Shown here: positions 16,561-29,753 of the stretch, in pieces
Numbering within the stretch: position 1 is the stretch's first letter
How the letters are laid out: each line of letters begins with the position of its first letter
Source of the DNA: Bugula neritina
Lineage: Eukaryota > Animalia > Bryozoa
Assembly: GCA_964035545.1 (NCBI GenBank)
Contig: OZ037765.1
Location: 33,789,504 to 33,853,503 of the forward strand
Direction of reading: 5' to 3'
DNA length: 64,000 nt
Notes under the pieces: model-generated
Databases searched by the model: none
What the model was told of the DNA's origin: nothing
The model's input: only the letters and a program-made list of their open reading frames with translations
Program-made: the position numbers and the translations under genes

Positions 16561-19500
16561 CTATGTAACAAACTTGATCATCGGGAACACCTTGTGAGCC
16601 GAGAAATCAAACTTCACCTTCCTCTTCACCTCCTTCTGCAGACTGTCGGCCAGTATTTTAGTAACAACCAGGTTATTTTTAGCAACACTAAGCATGGCCG
16701 CTGCCTCCTTGCTTCTCTTCCCCGCTTCATTGTCCAACACGCTGCGACACGTCTCAAAGTTGCTGTAGGACTGTCGCAGGAAGTCAACAGTGACGTAAGG
16801 GGGCGTGTCTTCTGTCACTCCGACGGCCTTGACATATGCCTCATAGCTCACCAGCTGAGGGAAGTGGACAGCAGCAAATGGAGAGAATCTGTGGGAGTAC
16901 CGTACCTGCAGAGTGGAAGAGATACACATGATGTCACTCGTATATTGAGACTATGCTTAGATATGATATGTTGCTAGATCTGTATGAGAAGAAAAATATA
17001 TTGTTGTGTTGAATATACAAGTAAATAGAATAATGTTTGGGTAGATAAATCTGACAAATTTCCGTAATAAATCCCGGGAATGTAATTCAACAAAGCAACA
17101 TCAACAAATCAGAGGAGTTGCACTCTTTTGAACATCTTCTATGCTGACACGAAAAACATTAATATAGATGTCTTTAGCAGAATAGACAAGTCTTTTTTAA
17201 AGAATGCATTTTGAAAACAGTTTTTCTACACAAAATAAAAAGATTGATGCATTTAAAATGTATTGCTGAATATTGAGAGAATTGGATAATATACTACAGG
17301 AAACAAATAGAAATACTAGATCTGAATTATTTTAGTATGAAAAATGTCAGTCTTTTTGCTATCACCATACAGTTGAGAAACATTAACCAACAGTGTATGG
17401 TGGGACAACTCTACTACTACTATTACTAGTACTACTACTACTAGTACTACAACTACTACTACAACTACCACTACCACTACCACTGCTACCGCTACCACTA
17501 CTACTAGTACTACTTCTACTACTACTAGTACTACTACTACTACTGCTACTACTACTACTAGTAGACAGAGAGACAACCTACCAGCTCGTTATCGAACTTG
17601 TAGTCTCCAGTGGTGGGTAACATGGCGGCCATCTTTAGTGCTGTGAGAAGACGATGTAACCCACCACACAGATGCTGCCTACACCTCACCAACAGCAACT
17701 CATCCTGGTGAATGTTTATCACACTCTTGGGCTTCTTTTGCTTGCCTTTCTTCTTGCCACTGCCAGCTACAGTCACATAATGCTGCCGATAAAGTAGAGC
17801 CAGCTCTCTTACATAACTATGCATGATGACTCTATATTTACTCATTCATGAACTGTGCCTCTCGCTGTATGCTGTCAACACACTCTTCCTGACATCACCA
17901 ATCACTAGACATACACATGTCACACTATACAGGTGCTCTACACTCTAGACCACAGCTGCTCTCTACTATAACTGTATTATATGACTATCGCATATTATGG
18001 CCCTGTGTTACTAACATACACCATACACTGTATACATACACATCATGTTATATAAATACTAACATTTACTATCCATGAAGTTGGGTTCGGCGAGGGATTT
18101 GTCCGCCCTGAAGAGAGAGGAAGTATTCCAGAGGAGGAGCACTTCAGAGAGATACCAGAAGACGTAGCCGTATTCCCGGACGTCGTATAGCTCCAGTTCC
18201 ATCCCCAGGACAAGGTAGTTGACCATACAGCGGGTGGTTAGGTACAGAGTCCACGTTCCTAGTCAGTATATATTATACAGTATTCAGTATATATTATACA
18301 GTATTCAGTATATATTATACAGTATTCAATATATATTATACAGTATTCAGTATATATTATACAGTATTCAGTATATATTATACAGTATTCAATATATATT
18401 ATACAGTATTCAGTATATATTATACAGTATTCAGCAAATATTATACAGTATTCAATATATATTATACAGTATTCAGTATATATTATACAGTATTCAGCAT
18501 ATATTACTGACCTACACAGCAGACGTACTGATACACAGCAAACTTACTTACATACAGTAGACGTACTTACATACTGCAGACGTACTTACATACAGCAGAC
18601 GTACTGATATACAGCAGACGTACTTACATACAGTAGACGTACTTACATACAGCAGACGTACTTACATACAGCAGACGTACTTACAAACAGCAGACGTACT
18701 TACACACAGTAGACGTACTTACATACAGCAGACGTACTGACCTACACAGCAGACGTACTTACATAGAGCAGACATACTTACATACAGTAGACGTACTTAC
18801 ATACAGCAGACGTACTTACATACAGCAGACGTACTTACATACAGCAGACATACTTACATACAGCAGACGTACTTACATACAGCAGACGTACTTACACACA
18901 GCAGACGTACTTACATACAGCAGACGTACTTACATACAGCAGACGTACTTACACACAGTAGACGTACTTACACACAGTAGACGTACTTACATACAGCAGA
19001 CGTACTTACATACAGCAGACGTACTTACAAACAGCAGACGTACTTACACACAGTAGACGTACTTACATACAGCAGACGTACTGACCTACACAGCAGACGT
19101 ACTTACATAGAGCAGACATACTTACATACAGTAGACGTACTTACATACAGCAGACGTACTTACATACAGCAGACGTACTTACATACAGCAGACGTACTTA
19201 CATACAGCAGACGTACTTACACACAGTAGACGTACTTACATACAGCAGACGTACTTACATACAGCAGACGTACTTACATACAGCAGACGTACTTACACAC
19301 AGTAGACGTACTTACATACAGCAGACGTACTTACATACAGCAGACGTACTTACATACAGCAGACGTACTGACACACAGCAGACGTACTTACACACAGCAG
19401 ACGTACTTACATACAGCAGACGTACTTACACACTGCACTGACCTACACCAGAGGCGACATGAGTCAGTGCCTTCTCTCCAAGTTTCTCTCTAATGATGGA

Positions 19501-22265
19501 GTCGATCACCGTATCGACCCTCTCTGCCTCCACCTGCAGTACTCCCAGCTCCTCTAACAGGAAGGCTAGTCTTTCACGCTGCCTCGCTCTCGTGTTACAC
19601 TTGGCAGCCAGCAAATTCTCCAGGACATGCGAGCTGCTGGCCAGAAAGGCAGGTAATACCAGCTTGTAGTGCTCGTGAGTGGCCAGGACAGACTTGAAGG
19701 CGGGATTTACCACCGGGGGACAACTGAACGACCTTAACTCATCGAGTATGAGTTCGGAAAGTTTTGTCTTGTTGAATACTTTGTTCGTCCCAGTAGGCAT
19801 ATAGTGGTACAACAATACCGACCTTACTAATATACTAGGATTCTGATTGGCTGTAAATTTATCAAAAAAGTCCATGACTTCAACGAGTCCGGTGATTGTT
19901 GGCATGGTGACAGCTAGCTGAAGATGGTCACATATTACGCAGAGCATGTTCATAGTCTCCTGTAAAGACATGAGCTGAATGGCTCGGGGGAAGCTGGGAG
20001 GAAGCAACCGGGAGGTCACAGTTATGTCAAAGGACGGTAAGTCTAAGGGATTTACAGGCGGCTCCGCTTTGCTTTCTTCTATCACAGATTTGACAAGATC
20101 TTGTAGCTTTTCTAGATTCTTCCTAAGAGCTTCGCTGGTCATTTGTGTACCTGGGCGGTCATTTACAAACAAGTTACTCAAAATATAGTCAATAGAATAA
20201 TATTAAGTTAATAATAGCAGACGTAGTAGGAGCAGACGTAGTAGTAGTAGCAGTAGTAGCAGCAAACGTAGTAGCAGTAGATGTAGTAGCAGCAGACGTA
20301 GTAGCAGCAGATGCAGTAGCAGCAGATGTATAAAAGGAGACGTAGTAGGGGCAGACGTAGTAGGAGCAGACGTAGTAGCAGCAGATGTAATAGGAGCAGA
20401 CGTAGTAGGAGCAGACGTAGTAGCAGTAGATGTAGTAGCAGCAGACGTAGTAGGGGCAAGTGCAGTAGCAGCAGATGTAGTAGCAGCAGATGCAGTAGCA
20501 GCAGATGTATAAAAGGAGACGTAGTAGGGGCAGACGTAGTAGCAGCAGATGCAGTAGCAGCAGATGTAGTAGGAGCAAACGTAGTAGCAGCAGATGTATA
20601 AAAGGAGACGTAGTAGGGGCAGACGTAGTAGGAGCAGACGTAGTAGCAGCAGATGTAATAGGAGCAGACGTAGTAGGAGCAGACGTAGTAGCAGTAGATG
20701 TAGTAGCAGCAGACGTAGTAGGGGCAAGTGCAGTAGCAGCAGACGTAGTAGCAGCAGATGCAGTAGCAGCAGATGTATAAAAGGAGACGTAGTAGGGGCA
20801 GATGTAGTAGCAGCAGATGCAGTAGGGGCAAATGTAGTAGCAGCAGATGTATAAAAGGAGACGTAGTAGGGGCAGACGTAGTAGGAGCAGATGTAGTAGC
20901 AGCAGATGCAGTAGCAGCAGATGTAGTAGGAGCAAACGTAGTAGCAGCAGATGTATAAAAGGAGACGCAGTAGGAGCAGATGTAGTAGGGGCAGTCATAG
21001 TAGGAGCAGATGTATAAAAGGAGACGTAGATGAACAAAGGAAGTGAGAGCAGTGGTAGTAAATGAAGTAGTTTTAAAAAAATTAAAACACAATAAAATTA
21101 GCAAAATGAGAATTAGTAAGTTAAGCAGATTTGCAAAGCTTTCTAAAACAGACAACTTGAAACAAATCTGCCACATCTGCTTTTTCAAGTTTAATACTTT
21201 TTTCAATATTCCAAACAAAGAAGACCAAATACAAAAATAATACATATAAAAAGAATCATTTTAAAAGAACAGAATTCCAGAATAGCTTTGCTGAATTTGG
21301 TGCAAAAATCAAAGAGTTCTAGACTGAATACCTGAATATCTAGACTGAGTACCTGAATATCTAAGTGTGAGTACCTGAATATCTAAACTGAGTACCTGAA
21401 TATAATTTAGACTGAGTACCTGAATATCTAGACTGAGTACCTGAATATCTAAGTGCGAGAAGACAGGAAATGAGCAGCTTGAGAATCCTGAGTCTCGTTA
21501 GCAGACGTTCCAAATGACTCAACTCCTTGCTGTCTGACTCAGTGGGTGACTCACTCTGCAGGTTTGACCTGAGGTGCCTCAGGCACTTACTCAGGTCATC
21601 TTCTGCTTCCTTCAACATACCTTGAGTGAGAAGAGTATCATGGTTAGTCACCACTATGACTCAGATGCAACTAGAGCCACTTGGTGGTTGCAGCCAGCAA
21701 CAACATGGACAACTTAAAACGCAAATTGACGGAGGCTGAGTGGTTGGAAAAGATTATGCTTACCCAGAGTTCTCTGTTCTGAGATAGAATCTGCCAGATG
21801 GAAACCGTGAGCAGACGGCTGAAAGTGCTCGTCTTCGTACACAGCCGTTGTAGTTATCACCTCCTTGCATATGGCTACCAGCTTGAGCACGCCCACACAG
21901 AACGCTTTCAGCACCCTGTCTTCTATTTTAGATGGATCGTGGAGGTACAGGTTGGTGAACACTGTCTGAGCCATGGATCCCCCTTCCAGCCAGGAAGTTA
22001 CGCAACATATCGTCCCGTCAAATATTGGTAACATCTCTTCATAGGTGAAACCAGAATATTTCAATTCTGTAACGCTCTTTTTCATTTGCTCATTCACGAT
22101 ATCCAACATACCGGAGTCCATTTTAGGATCCATCATTTCAAAAGCCGACATTGCCTCAAACAGACCGAAGTTATTGTCGTGAAGCAGCTCCCCCACTTTG
22201 AGTGCGCCACACGCATCTTTAAACTGATCGGTGACGTCATTCCACTTACTCTCCCCATTCAGCAT
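16561..22265 (-). CDS. NAA35: N-alpha-acetyltransferase 35, NatC auxiliary subunit (MAK10)
   Basis: Exons 21764-22265, 21441-21620, 19443-20150, 18070-18258, 17582-17766, 16561-16905; motifs GELLHDNNFGLFEAMSAFEMMDPKMDSG, WLEGGSMAQTVFTNLY, YEDEHF, NTRARQRERL, ELELY...YVFWYL, RYSHRFSPF, FDFSAHKVFP. Confidence 0.93.
18263..19428. repeat. Intron built almost entirely from 21-bp and 19-bp minisatellites
   Basis: TATTCAGTATATATTATACAG array (about 18263-18505) then CAGCAGACGTACTTACATA array (about 18525-19428). Confidence 0.95.
20215..21030. repeat. Mosaic minisatellite (GCAGACGTAGTAGCA / GATGTATAAAAGGAGAC)
   Basis: Tandem array in an NAA35 intron; source of several spurious ORFs. Confidence 0.92.
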
Positions 22266-25200
22266 CCTTAGCACAGGCTGCAATTATCAGAACATCGAAC
22301 TATATACGCATTGTAGATTATACAATATAATGTATATTTATTGTACATTATTGTAATATATATTATATTGTGCATCGCAACATTTGATTATATAACATAA
22401 GTTATATACCTTATTACCAAACACTTAGTAGATTCAACAACACATCTTGTGCCGTTGCAAAAAGCTCATTGAAAATAAATAGAATAAAATTAAATGACTG
22501 AAATATATATGTGTTACAATAAGAAGTTTATTGGCTGGGACACAACAGAAAGAATTTAGAGTTTACAATAATAACTGAGGTCATCAATTCATCACCACAA
22601 ATACTTTAAAAGCTACTTTTCTAGAGTTGCTAGTTAATTATTGAAAACTCACAACTATTTATTGATTGGTTAATATTTTATCATAGTGATGAGAAGCATT
22701 CAATGAAATATTTGAGTGTTAACAGAGTATACTTCGAATATCCCTGCAGTTTGAATATAATGACATCATGGTAGAGTTTCAAGACGTCCATAAACCATAT
22801 ATATAATGTATTAACAAATTACAACTTCAAAGAAACTGGCACAATAGACCACAGAATCATAACTAAATTATAACTTAACTAAATTTCAATATGTCTTTCT
22901 ATTTTTTATTCCTAAACTGAATGATTTAAAACTATCAATCGATAATTATTTACTAGAAATTAACCAAGCTGTTTTACAAGTACAATGCTGTAGTTACTTT
23001 CGTTCGAATCACTGAAATGCTGATTTATTTGAAAAACGGAGAATATTTTTATGAATTATTCACCAGAAACTGAAAATTCAACTTGAATAGTAAAAAGATC
23101 AGTTATAGGAATTTTAACATACGTTGGTATCAAATTAGTCTAAACTTTCTTAAAATGTTTTATTCGGAATTATATGCAATTTTATCAACTAAATTGACAT
23201 TGAAATTTTTATTGGTTGCATTTGAATCAAAATAATCATTGAAAAAACTATAATAACACACTGAATTACACTTAGTATAATTTATAATTCTAAATTATTA
23301 CAACAGATATAAGTATAACTCTATGACTACACAATCAAAAGTATAACATAAACTAAAATAGTAGAAAAATAAAACTACCTAAATTATAATTAATCAACAC
23401 AAACAAGCTAAAACTTTACTTTTGTAATCCAGTTTAATCTTGAGTGTGAAGTTTCACAGTTGGAAATTTATTACTATAATTTACTTTTTACCTATCAAAT
23501 AAAAATATTATTGCTAATGATCATTATTATATAACCTTAAATGATAATGTTAGTGATTTAGTTCAACATTATCAACAGCATTCAGTTACAGTGCAACTTA
23601 CACAGTCAATGTTACTGTCACTATGAATATGAGTAAAAGTAAGTATGAGTTACAGTACAATTTACGTTATCATTATCATCATGATGATCAATAAAAATAA
23701 ACATATCAAATTTGTATGATAAACAGCAGCAATACTATCATGAGTAGCGTCACACAGTCACAGTCTGAGTGACTATCAGGAGAAAGACAAAAACCTGACT
23801 AGGATAACGCTACTGGTAGTGGTAGCCATAGTATAACTATAAGTATTACATTTACTATTAGTATTACTATTAGTGTTACTATTATTAATACAAATATACT
23901 TACTGACACTAATGCCAATAGTAACAGTAAATGTAATACTCATAATTCATAGTGATAGTCATATTGAATTTGATATTAATATTCATATTGAATTATTCAA
24001 AACAAATATGACTGTCCACTATCTATCACTGCCAGTGATGATCATATTCATCATTTTATATTCTGACATGTTCATGTTGATGATCATAATGATAATGAAT
24101 ATGATACCCATATTATTATTCATTAATTGCTAGTATTATATTATGAATATCATAATAATTGTTGATATTATAATTAGGCCTTATACTTATACTTAGTCTT
24201 ACAGTTACTCTTATAGTTATACTCATAGTTACTAAATCTAATAGTGATAGTTATACAGTTAAACTTAATGTTATAGTTACCACTCGCTACTACTAGTACT
24301 TGTAGTAGTAGTACTACTACTACTACTAGTACTACAGTACAAGTACTAATACTACTAGGGAAGGAAGATAAAGTTCTATGATTACATATGAAAACTCATG
24401 ATTTCAAACAAAATCCCAACATTCAATTTCATTCGTAACAAAACTTCTTTTGTCAAAGTCTTGTCAACCTTGTAATGACATTGACAATTGACCTAGCTAA
24501 GTTACCTAATTAAGCGTTTCCTATAGTTTGAGCGTGCAACATCTTTAAAACAAAGTTGATTAGAAACTGGGTTATATAACAGGAGTTATCTTCCACTAAA
24601 TGTAACGATTCGCGTCTGTTGCAGCCTGCAGGTCTTTAAGCAGACCGCAATACTGTGGAATATAGACCATTGAAGAGCTTTAGAAACTAGCGTCTTTGAT
24701 GATAAAACTCATGAAAACAAATGAATAATGCAGTCAAACCTTCCAGCTGTTTAAACACTTAGGAAGCTTCACATCTGTTTCAGCTGTTTTACTAACTGCA
24801 TGACTACTTGCCTTTTTAAGTGCCTATAATCTATAAAAAAAAACCATTGCCCCAGAGTAATGTTTTCGATTCATGGTAAATAATAAAGAATTGATTTTGT
24901 GAGTAACTATGTTCATTACAGTTAACTGTTATAAGTTTTGCTGTTCTCAAAAGTAAAATTTTTTTATACACATTATTTTCCTAGCTGGATTATTTCCCAA
25001 GATCGCTAGCTTTCATAAGAATCCATTTTACCAAAGTCTAATTTTAATTTGATTAAAAATAAAGTTTAATTCAATCGAACGTGACTGAAATATTGTTAAG
25101 ATAAGCCTTTCAATATAATCAAAACAGCTCAAGACTTTTTGCCTACATAGTATGTACTTAATGCCCTTTGAGTTTCTTTAGAGCTTCACGTCATGGCTGT

Positions 25201-25721
25201 ATTGAATAGAGAGATGGTTTTTATATTGAAAAGTTGTTTTAGTCATTGAAATGTTTATAAACATCATTGATTAAATAGCTGATACAAAATCAAATACCTT
25301 TAGCCACTAGTAAACAAAAACTGTTGTCTATAGCCATTGTTTTTGTCATAACCTGAATTCATTGAGTTTTACACTTCAAATATTCACAACACAAATTTCA
25401 ATACAAACTTTGCACAAACCATTGAAATTAGGAACTCAACATTGTTTTATATAATTTATTAAGCAAGCATAAAAACATTTAGGTTCACAGTTTTTTGCAA
25501 TTAGTTTAGTCATTTAACTTTATTTCAAAAGTAAAATAAAGACTGAGGGTGGTAAAATCTGCGCCCCTCATATTGCATTAGTTGCAAAGTTTGAAGAGTC
25601 TGATTGTTTAACTTGCAATTCGCGTGTGATTGCAAGCAATAACCCCTACAGTGCACAATTTACACTATTTTAGCAACGCTGTATTTAATACAGGGAGCTC
25701 TTATTTGTTGTGGTGCTATAG

Positions 25722-28700
25722 TTGCACTGCTCAAAGTGGAGAACATTTTCCTCAGGTCCTCAAAGAGACGTATCAAGTACAGTATGTTACGGAAAGCTAC
25801 ACACATGTTTCTTGAGGTGAGGTTGCATCATATTTTATTACATAACAATTCCCCTGACAAGAAACTTCTCATCTCAAGTTAAATTGTGTGTGTGTGTGTT
25901 TCTAACTGATGATATTTAAGTCAGTGTAGTGATGAGTTAACCTAGTGGTCCCCGTGGTGCAATGGTTAGCACACTTGCTTGCAAGCCGGAGGTCTCAGGT
26001 TCGATTCCCAGTGGAGGCAAAATTATTTTTCAGTCAGTAGGTTATATTATAAGTCATGGTTGTTTGCCAACACATTTTCTGCTTATTTCTTGCCTAGTAT
26101 ACCTGCCTAGTACCTGCAGAGTACCTGCCTCGTTCCTGCCTAGTACCTGCCTAGTACCTGCCTATAGTACCTGCCTATAGTACCTGCCTATAGTACCTGC
26201 CTATAGTACCTGCCTATAGTACCTGCCTATAGTACCTGCCTATAGTACCTGCCTATAGTACCTGCCTATAGTACCTGCCTATAGTACCTGCCTATAGTAC
26301 CTGCCTATAGTACCTGCCTATAGTACCTGCCTATAGTACCTGCCTATAGTACCTGCCTGGTACCTGCCTGGTACCTGCCTGGTACCTAGGTTAAACCTGG
26401 ACTTGTAATGAGAAATAAAACTACTGTTATCAAACCGAATTCTTATCACAACCAAACATGAACGTTCTCAATACCAAATTCAAGTTGCAAACATATACAT
26501 GCAATATAATTAAAGCTATATAATATTATAACAGAAATAGTTATAGCAAATGCATTCCAACTTAAGTAGTATATATGATATTATTATAAAAAATATATAT
26601 AATATAGAAATAATATATGGCATATAATATATTGAAAATATTCAACCCCAAAACTATAAACACTACACTAATAGATAATATACACTTAATAGATATTTAT
26701 ATATATCTTTACTGAGCTAGCAATTTAATTATAAATAGATATACGAGAAACATTGTTGTTTTATTACTTTATTAGGCAAAGTAATCAACTGATATTTCGG
26801 GCACCACTGTGCCCATCTTCATTCATTGTAACTCTGAAGATAGGCACAGTAGTGCCCGAAATATCAGTTGATTACTTTGCCTAATAAAGTAATAAAACAA
26901 AAATGCTTCTCTTATATCTATTTATAATATATATATATATATATATTATAGATTTATTTTTTATGTATAGTTGTACTTTTTGACAATTTGAAAATATTTT
27001 GAATGCATGACTCGTAAATACCACAGGTTATGCTTTCCATTGTTAGTAAGCTGCTTCTTCTATGAATATACTTCTTCATTTGCCGAGATGTATAAATGAT
27101 ACAGTATCATGGTGCTTAAAATTCTTATGTCAACAGGAAACAGATAATGATGACATCCGGGGTAAGACGAATAAAACACTACCGTCACTCTCTGATGATG
27201 GAGTACAGCTATCTGACTGCTTCCCTATAGCTGAGGGCGGTGAGAGAATTTTTGTTATATCATCAAATAAGATATTTTTTAGTGTTTAATTTCTATAAGT
27301 TTGCTGCATAGTAGAGCTTAACTTCCGCTAGTTAGATATATGACACGAAACTAATTTAGCAGCAGACAAGAATATACCAATAAATTATAGAGTATTTACA
27401 TCAGGTTTTTATATTAGAAATATTTGCTAGAAAATAGATTTGAACTTTGAACTCTACACTGCCCCATATCAAATGACGTTGCATTATTGAGAAATGTAAG
27501 CTAATCATCTTCTATCTAAATTATGTGTATTCTACTGAATACTGAAACAATTAAAACCCTTTGTAAACATTTGGATGTAGTGTTTTGTATTTCATGATAA
27601 AGTACTATACAATATCTTCCATAGTATAATAATATAGTGTAATAATATATATGATGAAAGTTGTGAGTATTTAAAGTATATAGCAGCTTTTGTCAAAACC
27701 CATGCAGATGACAAGCTATTTTCTTTGAATTTGAACATTTTTAAAAGGAAAATTTGCTCAAATCTATAGATTGATGATGCAGCACTAATCAAAGTCTTAT
27801 ATGCTTTAATACCCTTTCTGACAGTACATTACCATTTCAAGAAATTGCCATGGAAACTAATTCACTTATAGTCCATTGCATAACTTGTTAGAACAGCTTT
27901 ATTAAATGCTAAAGCAAGCTAGGCAAAGTGTAGGGATTGTTCATGTACTATGACGATACTCTTGTAATATAATTACCAATAAACTTTATTTTATTACCAA
28001 ATTATATTTAATTGTCAGTTAGTACACATTGAGGGAGAGTTTTGTTATTCAATTACTATTCAATGAGTCCTTTTATGTTAATTTTTATAGTGAAGACAAC
28101 TTCTTATAGCTAATAAATGTTTTATTGAATACATCATGCGTAGACTGAGGTCAGTACAAACCTGTGTTACAGGGGAGACAAGTTATGCTGCCAGAAACAA
28201 GATGCTGCCTTACAAATCTCCTGTACCGCGGACTAAGCTAACCAGGACTCTGCTTACTGACAATGTCAATGGTGAGTTCTGTTGAATAACATCCAGCTCT
28301 TTAATTTCCTTAACGTCCTTTATGCCCAACTTATGATTAGGAGTTGCCCTCTCCTTCAGGTATTCCCTGTGACAATATCATATAGAAATGAATCACTAAA
28401 ATTTAAAAAATTGCCTGTTCTAGGAAATATTTAGTTTGATATTAATGCCACACATACTTCAATGAATTTATTATAAAAATATATCATCATTGTGAATTTT
28501 GGCCAAAATAAATTTGAAATTGTTTTTGTCGTCACTTGTTTATTGAGCAATGCTGAGTGGCAGCTAGGGTATAATCAAATTAACCACACACGCTGCCTGT
28601 CACCTCACCACTCTGGTTAGCCGGCCAATAACATTCGATAGCCCAGACTATGCTAATAGATTCGAAGGAAACAGAGTGCCAAAATGAGGCTAGTTGATAG

Positions 28701-29753
28701 AAGTTGCTGTATTTACTATGTGTATACTGTAATATAATAATAATACATTTATCATATACTTGCAGACGAAAGAAAGCTTCAGGTCTACTTGGAACGGTTG
28801 CTAAGAGACAGAAGAAAACAGAGTGCCAAGATGAGGCAGCAGCTGACAGCATTTGAAAATCATCAAGACGCCAAAAAGAGGCTGTGGAGCAGAACAGATG
28901 AACTTCAGCTTAGTAGACTAAACTTACCACAGATACAGTTGGGGAAGACGACTCTGAAATCAGTTACACTAGAGGAGGTAAGTAGCTGAGTTGAGTAGAA
29001 ACAAAATCCGAGGTTTTATATAAGCAAAACTAAACCTTTTGGCATACATTAAGTCTACCGCATATATGATAGGACATCATTTGCTATATATTGCGTTGTT
29101 TTTAACAGCTTCCTGTCCCTACTTCCTGTCACTACTTCCTGTCACTACTTCCTGTTACTACTTCCTGTTACTGCTTCCTGTCACTACTTCCTGTAACTAC
29201 TTCATGTCACTACTTCCTGTAACTACTTCCTGTCACTACTTCCTCTCACTACTTCCTGTCACTACTTCCTGTTACTACTTCCTGTGAGAAATTTCCTCTC
29301 CTATTTTTGAGTTACTTTGTTTATCGTGCTGTAAGCAATGTAATGATTAGAAATGATAATTCTAATATTGCAAAACATTTTATGAATATATGACTACTAC
29401 TGCAGATTACTTTTCTATTCCCTGTTCTACAGATTTACAGAAAGCCTAAGAACCTGAAGACAGCGGAGTTCACAGTACCTCTGCTGCCAGTGATGGTAGG
29501 TGAAGACATGCAGAAGATTGTGGAGTACAACAAGCAGATATTCATCACCAGACTTCCCACAGTAGAGAGACTGACAACCAGACAAATGAGGAGGTACAAT
29601 GGGTACAAGGGTTCTCGTCTGTTGGAAGATAAGAAAGCTCTTCAAGATAAACGATTCAAAAGACTGTCAGATGCTTTGTCTGAAAGAAAAAGTGCAACAA
29701 AAATAAAATCTAGTACACCTTTCTTTATGACAAGATCTTTGACTTACATGTAA
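25722..29753 (+). CDS. Uncharacterised basic protein with a coiled-coil-like segment, multi-exon; start uncertain
   Basis: Phase-compatible exons 25722-25816, 27137-27239, 28173-28271, 28766-28977, 29433-29753 read ...MLRKATHMFLEETDNDD...DERKLQVYLERLLRDRRKQ...IYRKPKN...LQDKRFKRLSDAL...LTYM*. Possible upstream exon ending CATG|GTAAA near 24874. Confidence 0.72.
25948..26388 (+). mobile_element. tRNA-derived SINE-like element with 13-bp tandem tail
   Basis: Pol III A box TGGTGCAATGG and B box GGTTCGATTCC within a degenerate cloverleaf (25948-26019), a short body, then (CCTATAGTACCTG)n. Confidence 0.65.
26728..26928. mobile_element. About 200-bp inverted repeat, probable Penelope-like element terminal remnant
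   Basis: Arms of about 94 bp are near-perfect reverse complements and each carries a hammerhead-like core. Confidence 0.6.
26830..26869 (+). ncRNA. Minimal type I hammerhead ribozyme motif
   Basis: AACT-CTGAAGA-T-AGGCAC(AGTA)GTGCCC-GAAA-TA-TC-AGTT: stem I AACT/AGTT, CUGANGA core, stem II hairpin, GAAA, vestigial palindromic stem III (ATAT), UC cleavage site. Confidence 0.6.

Noticed and set aside
17767-17904. Extra NAA35 exon sequence upstream of 17766
   Set aside because: The acceptor at 17904 leads to an in-frame stop; the acceptor at 17766 keeps frame.
20189-21245. Overlapping ORFs resembling mucin, Cys/Tyr keratin-associated or protamine proteins
   Set aside because: All arise from one minisatellite within an NAA35 intron.
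25948-26019. Functional tRNA gene (TGC anticodon)
   Set aside because: Acceptor, anticodon and T stems are mismatched; better explained as a SINE head.
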